Shown: one piece after another, positions 1 to 13,300 of the stretch
Layout: every line of letters starts with the position of its first letter
How positions within the stretch are numbered: position 1 is the stretch's first letter
Assembly (NCBI RefSeq): GCF_009914755.1
Contig: NC_060939.1
Length of the DNA: 64,000 nucleotides
DNA from: the human T2T-CHM13v2.0 reference genome, Homo sapiens
Strand: one strand, 5' to 3'
Program-made: the position numbers and the translations under genes
The notes under the pieces: generated by a model
What the model was told of the DNA's origin: nothing
Seen by the model: only the letters and a program-made list of their open reading frames with translations
Databases searched by the model: none

Positions 1-3000
1 ATTTCCCTTTCCACAATAGGCCTCAAAGCTTTCCAAATATCCACTTGCAGATTCTGCAAAAAGAGAGATACAAAACTGCTCTATCAAAAGATAGATTCGA
101 CTCTGTGAGTTGAATGCCAACATCGCAAAGAAGTTTATCAGAATGCTTCTCTGCAGCTTTTTTGTGAGTATGTTTCGTTTTCCACCATAGGGCGAAATGG
201 GGCTCCAAATATCCACTTGCATTTCCTACAAAAAGAGAGATTCTAAGCTGCTCAATCAAAACATTGTTTCAACACGGTTAGTTGAATGCACACATCCCAA
301 AGATGTTTTTCAGAGTGCTTCTGTGTGGTTTTTATGTGAAGATACTTCCTTTTCCACAATAGGCCCCAAATCTCTGTAAATATCCACTTGCAGACTCTAC
401 AAAGAGTGTTTCCAAACTCCTCAATCATAAGATAGGTTCAACTCCGATAGTTGAATGCACACATCACAAAGAAGTTTCTCGGAAAGCTTCTGTGTAGTTT
501 TTGATGAAGATATCTTCTTCTCTAAAACAGAACTCCAAGCCCTCCAAATATTCACTTCAAGATTCTACGGAAAGATTGTCTCAAACTGCTAAATCAAAAC
601 AAAGGTTCAACTCTGTGTGATGAATGCATTCATCACAAAGAAGTTTCTCTGAGTGCTTCTGTGCAGTTTTTATTTGAAGATAATTGCTTTTCCAGTATAG
701 GGCGAAATAGGGCTCCAAATATTCACTTGCAGATTCTACAGAAAGAGAGATTCCAAACTGCTCAATCAAAACATAGGTTCAACACTGTGAGTTGAATGCA
801 TACATCGCAAAGAAGTTTCACAGAGTACTTCTGGGTGGTTTTTATTTGAAGATATTTCCCTTTCCACAATAGGCCTCAAAGCTTTCCAAATGTCCACTTG
901 CAGATTCCACCAAAAGAGTGTTTCGAAACTGCTCAATCAAAAGAAAGGTTCTACTCTGTGGGATGAATGCACACATCACAAAGTAGTTTCTCAGAATGCT
1001 TCTGTGTAGTTTTTATGTGAAGATATTTGTTTTTCCACAGTAGGCCCCAAAGAGCTCCAAATATTCACTTGCAGATTCTACAAAAAGAGTGTTCCAAAAC
1101 TGCTCAATCATGAAATAGGATCAACCCTGTGAGATGAATGTACGTATGACAGAGAAGTTTCTCAGAATGCTTCTGTGTAGTTTTTATGCGAAGATATTCG
1201 ACTTTCCACAGTACGCCTCAAAGTTCTCCAATTATCCACTCGTAGATCCTGCAAAAAGAGAGATTCAAAACTGCTCAATCAAAACATAGTTTCTACTCCA
1301 TTAGCTGAAAGACCACATCACAAAAAAAGTTTCTCAGGATGCTTCTGTGTAGTTTTTATGTGAAGATATTTGGTTTTCCACAGTAGGCCTCAAAGCGCTC
1401 CAAATATCCACTCACAGATTCTGCAAAAAGAGAGATTCAAAACTGCTGAATCAAAAGACAGTTTCAACTCTGTGACTTCAGTGCACACCTCACAAGGATG
1501 TTTCTCAGAATGCTTCTGTGTAGTTTTTATATAAAGATATCTCCTTCTCCAAAATGGATCTCAAAGTTCTCCAAATATTCACTTCCAGATTCTATGGAAA
1601 GATTGTCTCAAAACTGCTCAATCAAACCAAAGGTTCAACTCTGTGAGATGAATGCCCACATCACAAAGAAGTTTCTCAGAGTACTTCTGTGTAGTTTCTA
1701 TTTGAGGATAGTTCCTTTTCCACCACAGACCAGAAAGGGCTCCAAATATCCATTGCAGATGGTACAAAAAGTGAGATTCAAAACTGCTCAATCCAAAGGT
1801 AGTTTCAACCATGTGATATGAATGCACACAGCACAGAGAATTTTCTCAAAATGCGTCTGCCTAGTTTTTATTTGAAGATATTTCCTTTTCTACCATAGGC
1901 CACAAACGTCTCCAAATATCCACATGCAGCTTCTACAAAAAGAGAGATTCAAAACTTCTCAATCAAAAGATAGGTTCAACTCTGTGAGTTGAAAGCACAC
2001 CTCACAGAGAAGTTTCTCAGAGTGCTTCTGTGTGTTTTTATGTGAAGATATTTCCTTTTCCACAATAGGCCTCAAAGCTCTCCAAATATCTGCGAGCAGA
2101 GTCTACAAAATGAGAGATTCAAAACTGCTCAATGAAAAGATAGGTTCAACTCTGTGAGTTGAATGCACACCTCCAAAGAAGTTTCTCAGAATGCTTCCGT
2201 GTAGTTTTTATGTGAAGATATTTACTTTTCCACAGTTGTCCCAAAGCTCTAAAATGTCCACTTGCAGACCCTCCAAAAGAGTGTTTCAGAATTGCTCAAT
2301 CAAAGGGAAGGTTCAATTCTGTGTGACCAATGCACTCATCACAAAGAAGTTTGTCTGAATGCTTCTGTGTAGAATTGATTTGAAGATAATTCCTTTTCCA
2401 CCACAGTCCGCAAAGGGCTAAAAATATCCACTTGCCGATTCCACAAAAAGAGAGATTCAAAACTGCTCAATCACAAGATAGGTTCAACTTGGTAATTGGA
2501 AAGCACACATGACAAACAATTTCTGAGAATGTTTCTGTGTAGTTTTTAAGGGAAGATATTTGATTTTCAAATGTAGGCCTCAAATCGCTCCAAATATCCA
2601 CTTGCATATTGTACAAAAAGAGAGATTCAAAACTGGTCACTCAAAAGTTAGGTCCAGCTCTGTGAGCTGAATGCACACATCACAAAGATGTTTCTCAGAA
2701 GGTTTCTGTATAGTTTCTATATGAAGATATTGGCTTTTCCACAATATGCCTCAAATCTCCCCAATTATCCACTTGCAGATTCTAGAAAAAGAGTGTTTCA
2801 AAACAGCTCAATCAAAATAAACTTTCAACTCTGTGAGATCAATGCACACATCACAAAGAAGTTTCTCAGAATGCTTCTGTGTAGTTTTTTTTGTGAAGAT
2901 ATTTGATTTTCCACAGCAGGCTTCCAAGCACTCCAAATATCCACTCGCAGATTCTGCAAAAAGAGAGATTCAAATCTGCTGAATCAAAAGATAGGTTTAA

Positions 3001-3414
3001 CTCTGTGACTTCAATGCACACCTCACAAGGGTGTTTCTCAGAAAGCTTCTGTGTAGTTTTTATATGAAGATATCTCCTTCTCCAAAGCAGGTCTCAAAGC
3101 CCTCCAAATATTCACTTCAAGATTCTACGGAAAGATTGTCTCAACACTGCTAAATCTAAACAAATGTTCAACTCTGTGTGATGAATGCACTCATCACAGA
3201 GAAGTTTCTCTGAATGCCTCTGTGTAGTTTTTATTTGAAGATATTTGCTTTTCCAGTATAGGGCGAAATAGGGCTCCAAATATTCACTTGCAGATTCTAC
3301 AAAAGGAGAGATTCCAAACTGCTCAATCAAAACATAGGTTCAACACTGTGAGTTGAATGCACACATCACAAAGAAGTTTCACAGAGTGCTTCTGGGTAGT
3401 TTTTATTTGAGGAT
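1..3414 (-). repeat. One HOR unit (3414 bp = 20 diverged monomers, mean 170.7 bp), phase set arbitrarily by the window start
   Basis: I counted 20 distinct monomers using the GAAGATA anchor, starting near ~-7/3407, 165, 336, 505, 675, 846, 1017, 1188, 1360, 1531, 1702, 1872, 2042, 2212, 2381, 2551, 2721, 2893, 3064 and 3235 (m1-m20). Further units start at 3415, 6829, 10243, 13657, 17071, 20485, 23899, 27313, 30727, 34141, 37555, 40969, 44383, 47797, 51211, 54625, 58039 and 61453. Confidence 0.97.
2052..2068 (-). other. A-type (pJalpha-like) box at the position where B-type monomers carry the CENP-B box (example from m13)
   Basis: The minus strand reads CTATTGTGGAAAAGGAA. This resembles the A-box consensus (CTAYGGTGRAAAAGGAA) and lacks the TTCG and CGGG cores of the CENP-B box (nTTCGnnnnAnnCGGGn). 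The homologous position in all 20 monomers is A-like. Confidence 0.8.
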
Positions 3415-3468
3415 ATTTCCCTTTCCACAATAGGCCTCAAAGCTTTCCAAATATCCACTTGCAGATTC
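3097..3468 (+). repeat. Intra-HOR duplicated segment, copy A (m19-m20-start of m1); recurs in every HOR
   Basis: Hand alignment to 3951-4321 gives about 16 substitutions and 1 gap over ~372 bp (~95% identity). The near-identical ORF translations at 3112..3330 and 3995..4183 reflect the same thing. Confidence 0.9.
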
Positions 3469-3950
3469 TGCAAAAAGAGAGATACAAAACTGCTCTATCA
3501 AAAGATAGATTCGACTCTGTGAGTTGAATGCCAACATCGCAAAGAAGTTTCTCAGAATGCTTCTCTGCAGCTTTTTTGTGAGTATGTTTCGTTTTCCACC
3601 ATAGGGCGAAATGGGGCTCCAAATATCCACTTGCATTTCCTACAAAAAGAGAGATTCTAAGCTGCTCAATCAAAACATTGTTTCAACACGGTTAGTTGAA
3701 TGCACACATCCCAAAGATGTTTTTCAGAGTGCTTCTGTGTGGTTTTTATGTGAAGATACTTCCTTTTCCACAATAGGCCTCAAATCTCTGTAAATATCCA
3801 CTTGCAGACTCTACAAAGAGTGTTTCCAAACTCCTCAATCATAAGATAGGTTCAACTCCGATAGTTGAATGCACACATCACAAAGAAGTTTCTCGGAAAG
3901 CTTCTGTGTAGTTTTTGATGAAGATATCTTCTTCTCTAAAACAGAACTCC

Positions 3951-4321
3951 AAGCCCTCCAAATATTCACTTCAAGATTCTACGGAAAGATTGTCTCAAAC
4001 TGCTAAATCAAAACAAAGGTTCAACTCTGTGTGATGAATGCATTCATCACAAAGAAGTTTCTCTGAGTGCTTCTGTGCAGTTTTTATTTGAAGATAATTG
4101 CTTTTCCAGTATAGGGCGAAATAGGGCTCCAAATATTCACTTGCAGATTCTACAGAAAGAGAGATTCCAAACTGCTCAATCAAAACATAGGTTCAACACT
4201 GTGAGTTGAATGCATACATCGCAAAGAAGTTTCACAGAGTACTTCTGGGTGGTTTTTATTTGAAGATATTTCCCTTTCCACAATAGGCCTCAAAGCTTTC
4301 CAAATGTCCACTTGCAGATTC
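3951..4321 (+). repeat. Intra-HOR duplicated segment, copy B (m4-m5-start of m6); recurs in every HOR (537-907 in U1)
   Basis: It shares diagnostic strings with 3097-3468: TTCAAGATTCTACGGAAAGATTGTCTCAA, CCAGTATAGGGCGAAATAGGGCTCC, TTCAACACTGTGAG, GTTTCACAGAGT.CTTCTGGGT. The offset is 853-854 bp (5 monomers). Confidence 0.9.
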
Positions 4322-7300
4322 CACCAAAAGAGTGTTTCGAAACTGCTCAATCAAAAGAAAGGTTCTACTCTGTGGGATGAATGCACACATCACAAAGTAG
4401 TTTCTCAGAATGCTTCTGTGTAGTTTTTATGTGAAGATATTTGTTTTTCCACAGTAGGCCCCAAAGAGCTCCAAATATTCACTTGCAGATTCTACAAAAA
4501 GAGTGTTCCAAAACTGCTCAATCATGAAATAGGATCAACCCTGTGAGATGAATGTACGTATGACAGAGAAGTTTCTCAGAATGCTTCTGTGTAGTTTTTA
4601 TGCGAAGATATTCGACTTTCCACAGTACGCCTCAAAGTTCTCCAATTATCCACTCGTAGATCCTGCAAAAAGAGAGATTCAAAACTGCTCAATCAAAAGA
4701 TAGTTTCTACTCCATTAGCTGAAAGACCACATCACAAAAAAAGTTTCTCAGGATGCTTCTGTGTAGTTTTTATGTGAAGATATTTGGTTTTCCACAGTAG
4801 GCCTCAAAGCGCTCCAAATATCCACTCACAGATTCTGCAAAAAGAGAGATTCAAAACTGCTGAATCAAAAGACAGTTTCAACTCTGTGACTTCAGTGCAC
4901 ACCTCACAAGGATGTTTCTCAGAATGCTTCTGTGTAGTTTTTATATAAAGATATCTCCTTCTCCAAAATGGATCTCAAAGTTCTCCAAATATTCACTTCC
5001 AGATTCTCTGGAAAGATTGTCTCAAAACTGCTCAATCAAACCAAAGGTTCAACTCTGTGAGATGAATGCCCACATCACAAAGAAGTTTCTCAGAGTACTT
5101 CTGTGTAGTTTCTATTTGAGGATAGTTCCTTTTCCACCACAGACCAGAAAGGGCTCCAAATATCCATTGCAGATGGTACAAAAAGTGAGATTCAAAACTG
5201 CTCAATCCAAAGGTAGTTTCAACCATGTGATATGAATGCACACAGCACAGAGAATTTTCTCAAAATGCGTCTGTCTAGTTTTTATTTGAAGATATTTCCT
5301 TTTCTACCATAGGCCACAAACGTCTCCAAATATCCACATGCAGCTTCTACAAAAAGAGAGATTCAAAACTTCTCAATCAAAAGATAGGTTCAACTCTGTG
5401 AGTTGAAAGCACACCTCACAGAGAAGTTTCTCAGAGTGCTTCTGTGTGTTTTTATGTGAAGATATTTCCTTTTCCACAATAGGCCTCAAAGCTCTCCAAA
5501 TATCTGCGAGCAGAGTCTACAAAATGAGAGATTCAAAACTGCTCAATGAAAAGATAGGTTCAACTCTGTGAGTTGAATGCACACCTCCAAAGAAGTTTCT
5601 CAGAATGCTTCCGTGTAGTTTTTATGTGAAGATATTTACTTTTCCACAGTTGTCCCAAAGCTCTAAAATGTCCACTTGCAGACCCTCCAAAAGAGTGTTT
5701 CAGAATTGCTCAATCAAAGGGAAGGTTCAATTCTGTGTGACCAATGCACTCATCACAAAGAAGTTTGTCTGAATGCTTCTGTGTAGAATTGATTTGAAGA
5801 TAATTCCTTTTCCACCACAGTCCGCAAAGGGCTAAAAATATCCACTTGCCGATTCCACAAAAAGAGAGATTCAAAACTGCTCAATCACAAGATAGGTTCA
5901 ACTTGGTAATTGGAAAGCACACATGACAAACAATTTCTGAGAATGTTTCTGTGTAGTTTTTAAGGGAAGATATTTGATTTTCAAATGTAGGCCTCAAATC
6001 GCTCCAAATATCCACTTGCATATTGTACAAAAAGAGAGATTCAAAACTGGTCACTCAAAAGTTAGGTCCAGCTCTGTGAGCTGAATGCACACATCACAAA
6101 GATGTTTCTCAGAAGGTTTCTGTATAGTTTCTATATGAAGATATTTGCTTTTCCACAATATGCCTCAAATCTCCCCAATTATCCACTTGCAGATTCTAGA
6201 AAAAGAGTGTTTCAAAACAGCTCAATCAAAATAAACTTTCAACTCTGTGAGATCAATGCACACATCACAAAGAAGTTTCTCAGAATGCTTCTGTGTAGTT
6301 TTTTTTGTGAAGATATTTGATTTTCCACAGCAGGCTTCCAAGCACTCCAAATATCCACTCGCAGATTCTGCAAAAAGAGAGATTCAAATCTGCTGAATCA
6401 AAAGATAGGTTTAACTCTGTGACTTCAATGCACACCTCACAAGGGTGTTTCTCAGAAAGCTTCTGTGTAGTTTTTATATGAAGATATCTCCTTCTCCAAA
6501 GCAGGTCTCAAAGCCCTCCAAATATTCACTTCAAGATTCTACGGAAAGATTGTCTCAACACTGCTAAATCTAAACAAATGTTCAACTCTGTGTGATGAAT
6601 GCACTCATCACAGAGAAGTTTCTCTGAATGCCTCTGTGTAGTTTTTATTTGAAGATATTTGCTTTTCCAGTATAGGGCGAAATAGGGCTCCAAATATTCA
6701 CTTGCAGATTCTACAAAAGGAGAGATTCCAAACTGCTCAATCAAAACATAGGTTCAACACTGTGAGTTGAATGCACACATCACAAAGAAGTTTCACAGAG
6801 TGCTTCTGGGTAGTTTTTATTTGAGGATATTTCCCTTTCCACAATAGGCCTCAAAGCTTTCCAAATATCCACTTGCAGATTCTGCAAAAACAGAGATACA
6901 AAACTGCTCTATCAAAAGATAGATTCGACTCTGTGAGTTGAATGCCAACATCGCAAAGAAGTTTCTCAGAATGCTTCTCTGCAGCTTTTTTGTGAGTATG
7001 TTTCGTTTTCCACCATAGGGCGAAATGGGGCTCCAAATATCCACTTGCATTTCCTACAAAAAGAGAGATTCTAAGCTGCTCAATCAAAACACTGTTTCAA
7101 CACGGTTAGTTGAATGCACACATCCCAAAGATGTTTTTCAGAGTGCTTCTGTGTGGTTTTTATGTGAAGATACTTCCTTTTCCACAATAGGCCTCAAATC
7201 TCTGTAAATATCCACTTGCAGACTCTACAAAGAGTGTTTCCAAACTGCTCAATCATAAGATAGGTTCAACTCCGATAGTTGAATGCACACATCACAAAGA

Positions 7301-10300
7301 AGTTTCTCGGAAAGCTTCTGTGTAGTTTTTGATGAAGATATCTTCTTCTCTAAAACAGAACTCCAAGCCCTCCAAATATTCACTTCAAGATTCTACGGAA
7401 AGATTGTCTCAAACTGCTAAATCAAAACAAAGGTTCAACTCTGTGTGATGAATGCATTCATCACAAAGAAGTTTCTCTGAGTGCTTCTGTGCAGTTTTTA
7501 TTTGAAGATAATTGCTTTTCCAGTATAGGGCGAAATAGGGCTCCAAATATTCACTTGCAGATTCTACAGAAAGAGAGATTCCAAACTGCTCAATCAAAAC
7601 ATAGGTTCAACACTGTGAGTTGAATGCATACATCGCAAAGAAGTTTCACAGAGTACTTCTGGGTGGTTTTTATTTGAAGATATTTCCCTTTCCACAATAG
7701 GCCTCAAAGCTTTCCAAATGTCCACTTGCAGATTCCACCAAAAGAGTGTTTCGAAACTGCTCAATCAAAAGAAAGGTTCTACTCTGTGGGATGAATGCAC
7801 ACATCACAAAGTAGTTTCTCAGAATGCTTCTGTGTAGTTTTTATGTGAAGATATTTGTTTTTCCACAGTAGGCCCCAAAGAGCTCCAAATATTCACTTGC
7901 AGATTCTACAAAAAGAGTGTTCCAAAACTGCTCAATCATGAAATAGGATCAACCCTGTGAGATGAATGTACGTATGACAGAGAAGTTTCTCAGAATGCTT
8001 CTGTGTAGTTTTTATGCGAAGATATTCGACTTTCCACAGTACGCCTCAAAGTTCTCCAATTATCCACTCGTAGATCCTGCAAAAAGAGAGATTCAAAACT
8101 GCTCAATCAAAAGATAGTTTCTACTCCATTAGCTGAAAGACCACATCACAAAAAAAGTTTCTCAGGATGCTTCTGTGTAGTTTTTATGTGAAGATATTTG
8201 GTTTTCCACAGTAGGCCTCAAAGCGCTCCAAATATCCACTCACAGATTCTGCAAAAAGAGAGATTCAAAACTGCTGAATCAAAAGACAGTTTCAACTCTG
8301 TGACTTCAGTGCACACCTCACAAGGATGTTTCTCAGAATGCTTCTGTGTAGTTTTTATATAAAGATATCTCCTTCTCCAAAATGGATCTCAAAGTTCTCC
8401 AAATATTCACTTCCAGATTCTATGGAAAGATTGTCTCAAAACTGCTCAATCAAACCAAAGGTTCAACTCTGTGAGATGAATGCCCACATCACAAAGAAGT
8501 TTCTCAGAGTACTTCTGTGTAGTTTCTATTTGAGGATAGTTCCTTTTCCACCACAGACCAGAAAGGGCTCCAAATATCCATTGCAGATGGTACAAAAAGT
8601 GAGATTCAAAACTGCTCAATCCAAAGGTAGTTTCAACCATGTGATATGAATGCACACAGCACAGAGAATTTTCTCAAAATGCGTCTGTCTAGTTTTTATT
8701 TGAAGATATTTCCTTTTCTACCATAGGCCACAAACGTCTCCAAATATCCACATGCAGCTTCTACAAAAAGAGAGATTCAAAACTTCTCAATCAAAAGATA
8801 GGTTCAACTCTGTGAGTTGAAAGCACACCTCACAGAGAAGTTTCTCAGAGTGCTTCTGTGTGTTTTTATGTGAAGATATTTCCTTTTCCACAATAGGCCT
8901 CAAAGCTCTCCAAATATCTGCGAGCAGAGTCTACAAAATGAGAGATTCAAAACTGCTCAATGAAAAGATAGGTTCAACTCTGTGAGTTGAATGCACACCT
9001 CCAAAGAAGTTTCTCAGAATGCTTCCGTGTAGTTTTTATGTGAAGATATTTACTTTTCCACAGTTGTCCCAAAGCTCTAAAATGTCCACTTGCAGACCCT
9101 CCAAAAGAGTGTTTCAGAATTGCTCAATCAAAGGGAAGGTTCAATTCTGTGTGACCAATGCACTCATCACAAAGAAGTTTGTCTGAATGCTTCTGTGTAG
9201 AATTGATTTGAAGATAATTCCTTTTCCACCACAGTCCGCAAAGGGCTAAAAATATCCACTTGCCGATTCCACAAAAAGAGAGATTCAAAACTGCTCAATC
9301 ACAAGATAGGTTCAACTTGGTAATTGGAAAGCACACATGACAAACAATTTCTGAGAATGTTTCTGTGTAGTTTTTAAGGGAAGATATTTGATTTTCAAAT
9401 GTAGGCCTCAAATCGCTCCAAATATCCACTTGCATATTGTACAAAAAGAGAGATTCAAAACTGGTCACTCAAAAGTTAGGTCCAGCTCTGTGAGCTGAAT
9501 GCACACATCACAAAGATGTTTCTCAGAAGGTTTCTGTATAGTTTCTATATGAAGATATTTGCTTTTCCACAATATGCCTCAAATCTCCCCAATTATCCAC
9601 TTGCAGATTCTAGAAAAAGAGTGTTTCAAAACAGCTCAATCAAAATAAACTTTCAACTCTGTGAGATCAATGCACACATCACAAAGAAGTTTCTCAGAAT
9701 GCTTCTGTGTAGTTTTTTTTGTGAAGATATTTGATTTTCCACAGCAGGCTTCCAAGCACTCCAAATATCCACTCGCAGATTCTGCAAAAAGAGAGATTCA
9801 AATCTGCTGAATCAAAAGATAGGTTTAACTCTGTGACTTCAATGCACACCTCACAAGGGTGTTTCTCAGAAAGCTTCTGTGTAGTTTTTATATGAAGATA
9901 TCTCCTTCTCCAAAGCAGGTCTCAAAGCCCTCCAAATATTCACTTCAAGATTCTACGGAAAGATTGTCTCAACACTGCTAAATCTAAACAAATGTTCAAC
10001 TCTGTGTGATGAATGCACTCATCACAGAGAAGTTTCTCTGAATGCCTCTGTGTAGTTTTTATTTGAAGATATTTGCTTTTCCAGTATAGGGCGAAATAGG
10101 GCTCCAAATATTCCCTTGCAGATTCTACAAAAGGAGAGATTCCAAACTGCTCAATCAAAACATAGGTTCAACACTGTGAGTTGAATGCACACATCACAAA
10201 GAAGTTTCACAGAGTGCTTCTGGGTAGTTTTTATTTGAGGATATTTCCCTTTCCACAATAGGCCTCAAAGCTTTCCAAATATCCACTTGCAGATTCTGCA

Positions 10301-13300
10301 AAAAGAGAGATACAAAACTGCTCTATCAAAAGATAGATTCGACTCTGTGAGTTGAATGCCAACATCGCAAAGAAGTTTCTCAGAATGCTTCTCTGCAGCT
10401 TTTTTGTGAGTATGTTTCGTTTTCCACCATAGGGCGAAATGGGGCTCCAAATATCCACTTGCATTTCCTACAAAAAGAGAGATTCTAAGCTGCTCAATCA
10501 AAACATTGTTTCAACACGGTTAGTTGAATGCACACATCCCAAAGATGTTTTTCAGAGTGCTTCTGTGTGGTTTTTATGTGAAGATACTTCCTTTTCCACA
10601 ATAGGCCTCAAATCTCTGTAAATATCCACCTGCAGACTCTACAAAGAGTGTTTCCAAACTGCTCAATCATAAGATAGGTTCAACTCCGATAGTTGAATGC
10701 ACACATCACAAAGAAGTTTCTCGGAAAGCTTCTGTGTAGTTTTTGATGAAGATATCTTCTTCTCTAAAACAGAACTCCAAGCCCTCCAAATATTCACTTC
10801 AAGATTCTACGGAAAGATTGTCTCAAACTGCTAAATCAAAACAAAGGTTCAACTCTGTGTGATGAATGCATTCATCACAAAGAAGTTTCTCTGAGTGCTT
10901 CTGTGCAGTTTTTATTTGAAGATAATTGCTTTTCCAGTATAGGGCGAAATAGGGCTCCAAATATTCACTTGCAGATTCTACAGAAAGAGAGATTCCAAAC
11001 TGCTCAATCAAAACATAGGTTCAACACTGTGAGTTGAATGCATACATCGCAAAGAAGTTTCACAGAGTACTTCTGGGTGGTTTTTATTTGAAGATATTTC
11101 CCTTTCCACAATAGGCCTCAAAGCTTTCCAAATGTCCACTTGCAGATTCCACCAAAAGAGTGTTTCGAAACTGCTCAATCAAAAGAAAGGTTCTACTCTG
11201 TGGGATGAATGCACACATCACAAAGTAGTTTCTCAGAATGCTTCTGTGTAGTTTTTATGTGAAGATATTTGTTTTTCCACAGTAGGCCCCAAAGAGCTCC
11301 AAATATTCACTTGCAGATTCTACAAAAAGAGTGTTCCAAAACTGCTCAATCATGAAATAGGATCAACCCTGTGAGATGAATGTACGTATGACAGAGAAGT
11401 TTCTCAGAATGCTTCTGTGTAGTTTTTATGCGAAGATATTCGACTTTCCACAGTACGCCTCAAAGTTCTCCAATTATCCACTCGTAGATCCTGCAAAAAG
11501 AGAGATTCAAAACTGCTCAATCAAAAGATAGTTTCTACTCCATTAGCTGAAAGACCACATCACAAAAAAAGTTTCTCAGGATGCTTCTGTGTAGTTTTTA
11601 TGTGAAGATATTTGGTTTTCCACAGTAGGCCTCAAAGCGCTCCAAATATCCACTCACAGATTCTGCAAAAAGAGAGATTCAAAACTGCTGAATCAAAAGA
11701 CAGTTTCAACTCTGTGACTTCAGTGCACACCTCACAAGGATGTTTCTCAGAATGCTTCTGTGTAGTTTTTATATAAAGATATCTCCTTCTCCAAAATGGA
11801 TCTCAAAGTTCTCCAAATATTCACTTCCAGATTCTATGGAAAGATTGTCTCAAAACTGCTCAATCAAACCAAAGGTTCAACTCTGTGAGATGAATGCCCA
11901 CATCACAAAGAAGTTTCTCAGAGTACTTCTGTGTAGTTTCTATTTGAGGATAGTTCCTTTTCCACCACAGACCAGAAAGGGCTCCAAATATCCATTGCAG
12001 ATGGTACAAAAAGTGAGATTCAAAACTGCTCAATCCAAAGGTAGTTTCAACCATGTGATATGAATGCACACAGCACAGAGAATTTTCTCAAAATGCGTCT
12101 GTCTAGTTTTTATTTGAAGATATTTCCTTTTCTACCATAGGCCACAAACGTCTCCAAATATCCACATGCAGCTTCTACAAAAAGAGAGATTCAAAACTTC
12201 TCAATCAAAAGATAGGTTCAACTCTGTGAGTTGAAAGCACACCTCACAGAGAAGTTTCTCAGAGTGCTTCTGTGTGTTTTTATGTGAAGATATTTCCTTT
12301 TCCACAATAGGCCTCAAAGCTCTCCAAATATCTGCGAGCAGAGTCTACAAAATGAGAGATTCAAAACTGCTCAATGAAAAGATAGGTTCAACTCTGTGAG
12401 TTGAATGCACACCTCCAAAGAAGTTTCTCAGAATGCTTCCGTGTAGTTTTTATGTGAAGATATTTACTTTTCCACAGTTGTCCCAAAGCTCTAAAATGTC
12501 CACTTGCAGACCCTCCAAAAGAGTGTTTCAGAATTGCTCAATCAAAGGGAAGGTTCAATTCTGTGTGACCAATGCACTCATCACAAAGAAGTTTGTCTGA
12601 ATGCTTCTGTGTAGAATTGATTTGAAGATAATTCCTTTTCCACCACAGTCCGCAAAGGGCTAAAAATATCCACTTGCCGATTCCACAAAAAGAGAGATTC
12701 AAAACTGCTCAATCACAAGATAGGTTCAACTTGGTAATTGGAAAGCACACATGACAAACAATTTCTGAGAATGTTTCTGTGTAGTTTTTAAGGGAAGATA
12801 TTTGATTTTCAAATGTAGGCCTCAAATCGCTCCAAATATCCACTTGCATATTGTACAAAAAGAGAGATTCAAAACTGGTCACTCAAAAGTTAGGTCCAGC
12901 TCTGTGAGCTGAATGCACACATCACAAAGATGTTTCTCAGAAGGTTTCTGTATAGTTTCTATATGAAGATATTGGCTTTTCCACAATATGCCTCAAATCT
13001 CCCCAATTATCCACTTGCAGATTCTAGAAAAAGAGTGTTTCAAAACAGCTCAATCAAAATAAACTTTCAACTCTGTGAGATCAATGCACACATCACAAAG
13101 AAGTTTCTCAGAATGCTTCTGTGTAGTTTTTTTTGTGAAGATATTTGATTTTCCACAGCAGGCTTCCAAGCACTCCAAATATCCACTCGCAGATTCTGCA
13201 AAAAGAGAGATTCAAATCTGCTGAATCAAAAGATAGGTTTAACTCTGTGACTTCAATGCACACCTCACAAGGGTGTTTCTCAGAAAGCTTCTGTGTAGTT

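Noticed and set aside
174-190. TTCG-containing string at the box position of m2, a possible CENP-B box
   Set aside because: TTCGTTTTCCACCATAG lacks the required A and CGGG in either orientation. The minus strand reads as an A-type box.
1498-1821. 107-aa ORF, and all other 60-78 aa ORFs repeated every 3414 bp
   Set aside because: These are chance open frames of alphoid sequence (57-codon monomer period). They overlap on both strands, show no recognisable domain, and repeat only because the DNA repeats.
2863-2871. TTCTCAGAA matches the STAT GAS pattern TTCNNNGAA and partly resembles a heat-shock element
   Set aside because: It is a short motif intrinsic to the alphoid consensus. The nGAAn spacing is off for an HSE, and the sequence alone gives no evidence of binding.
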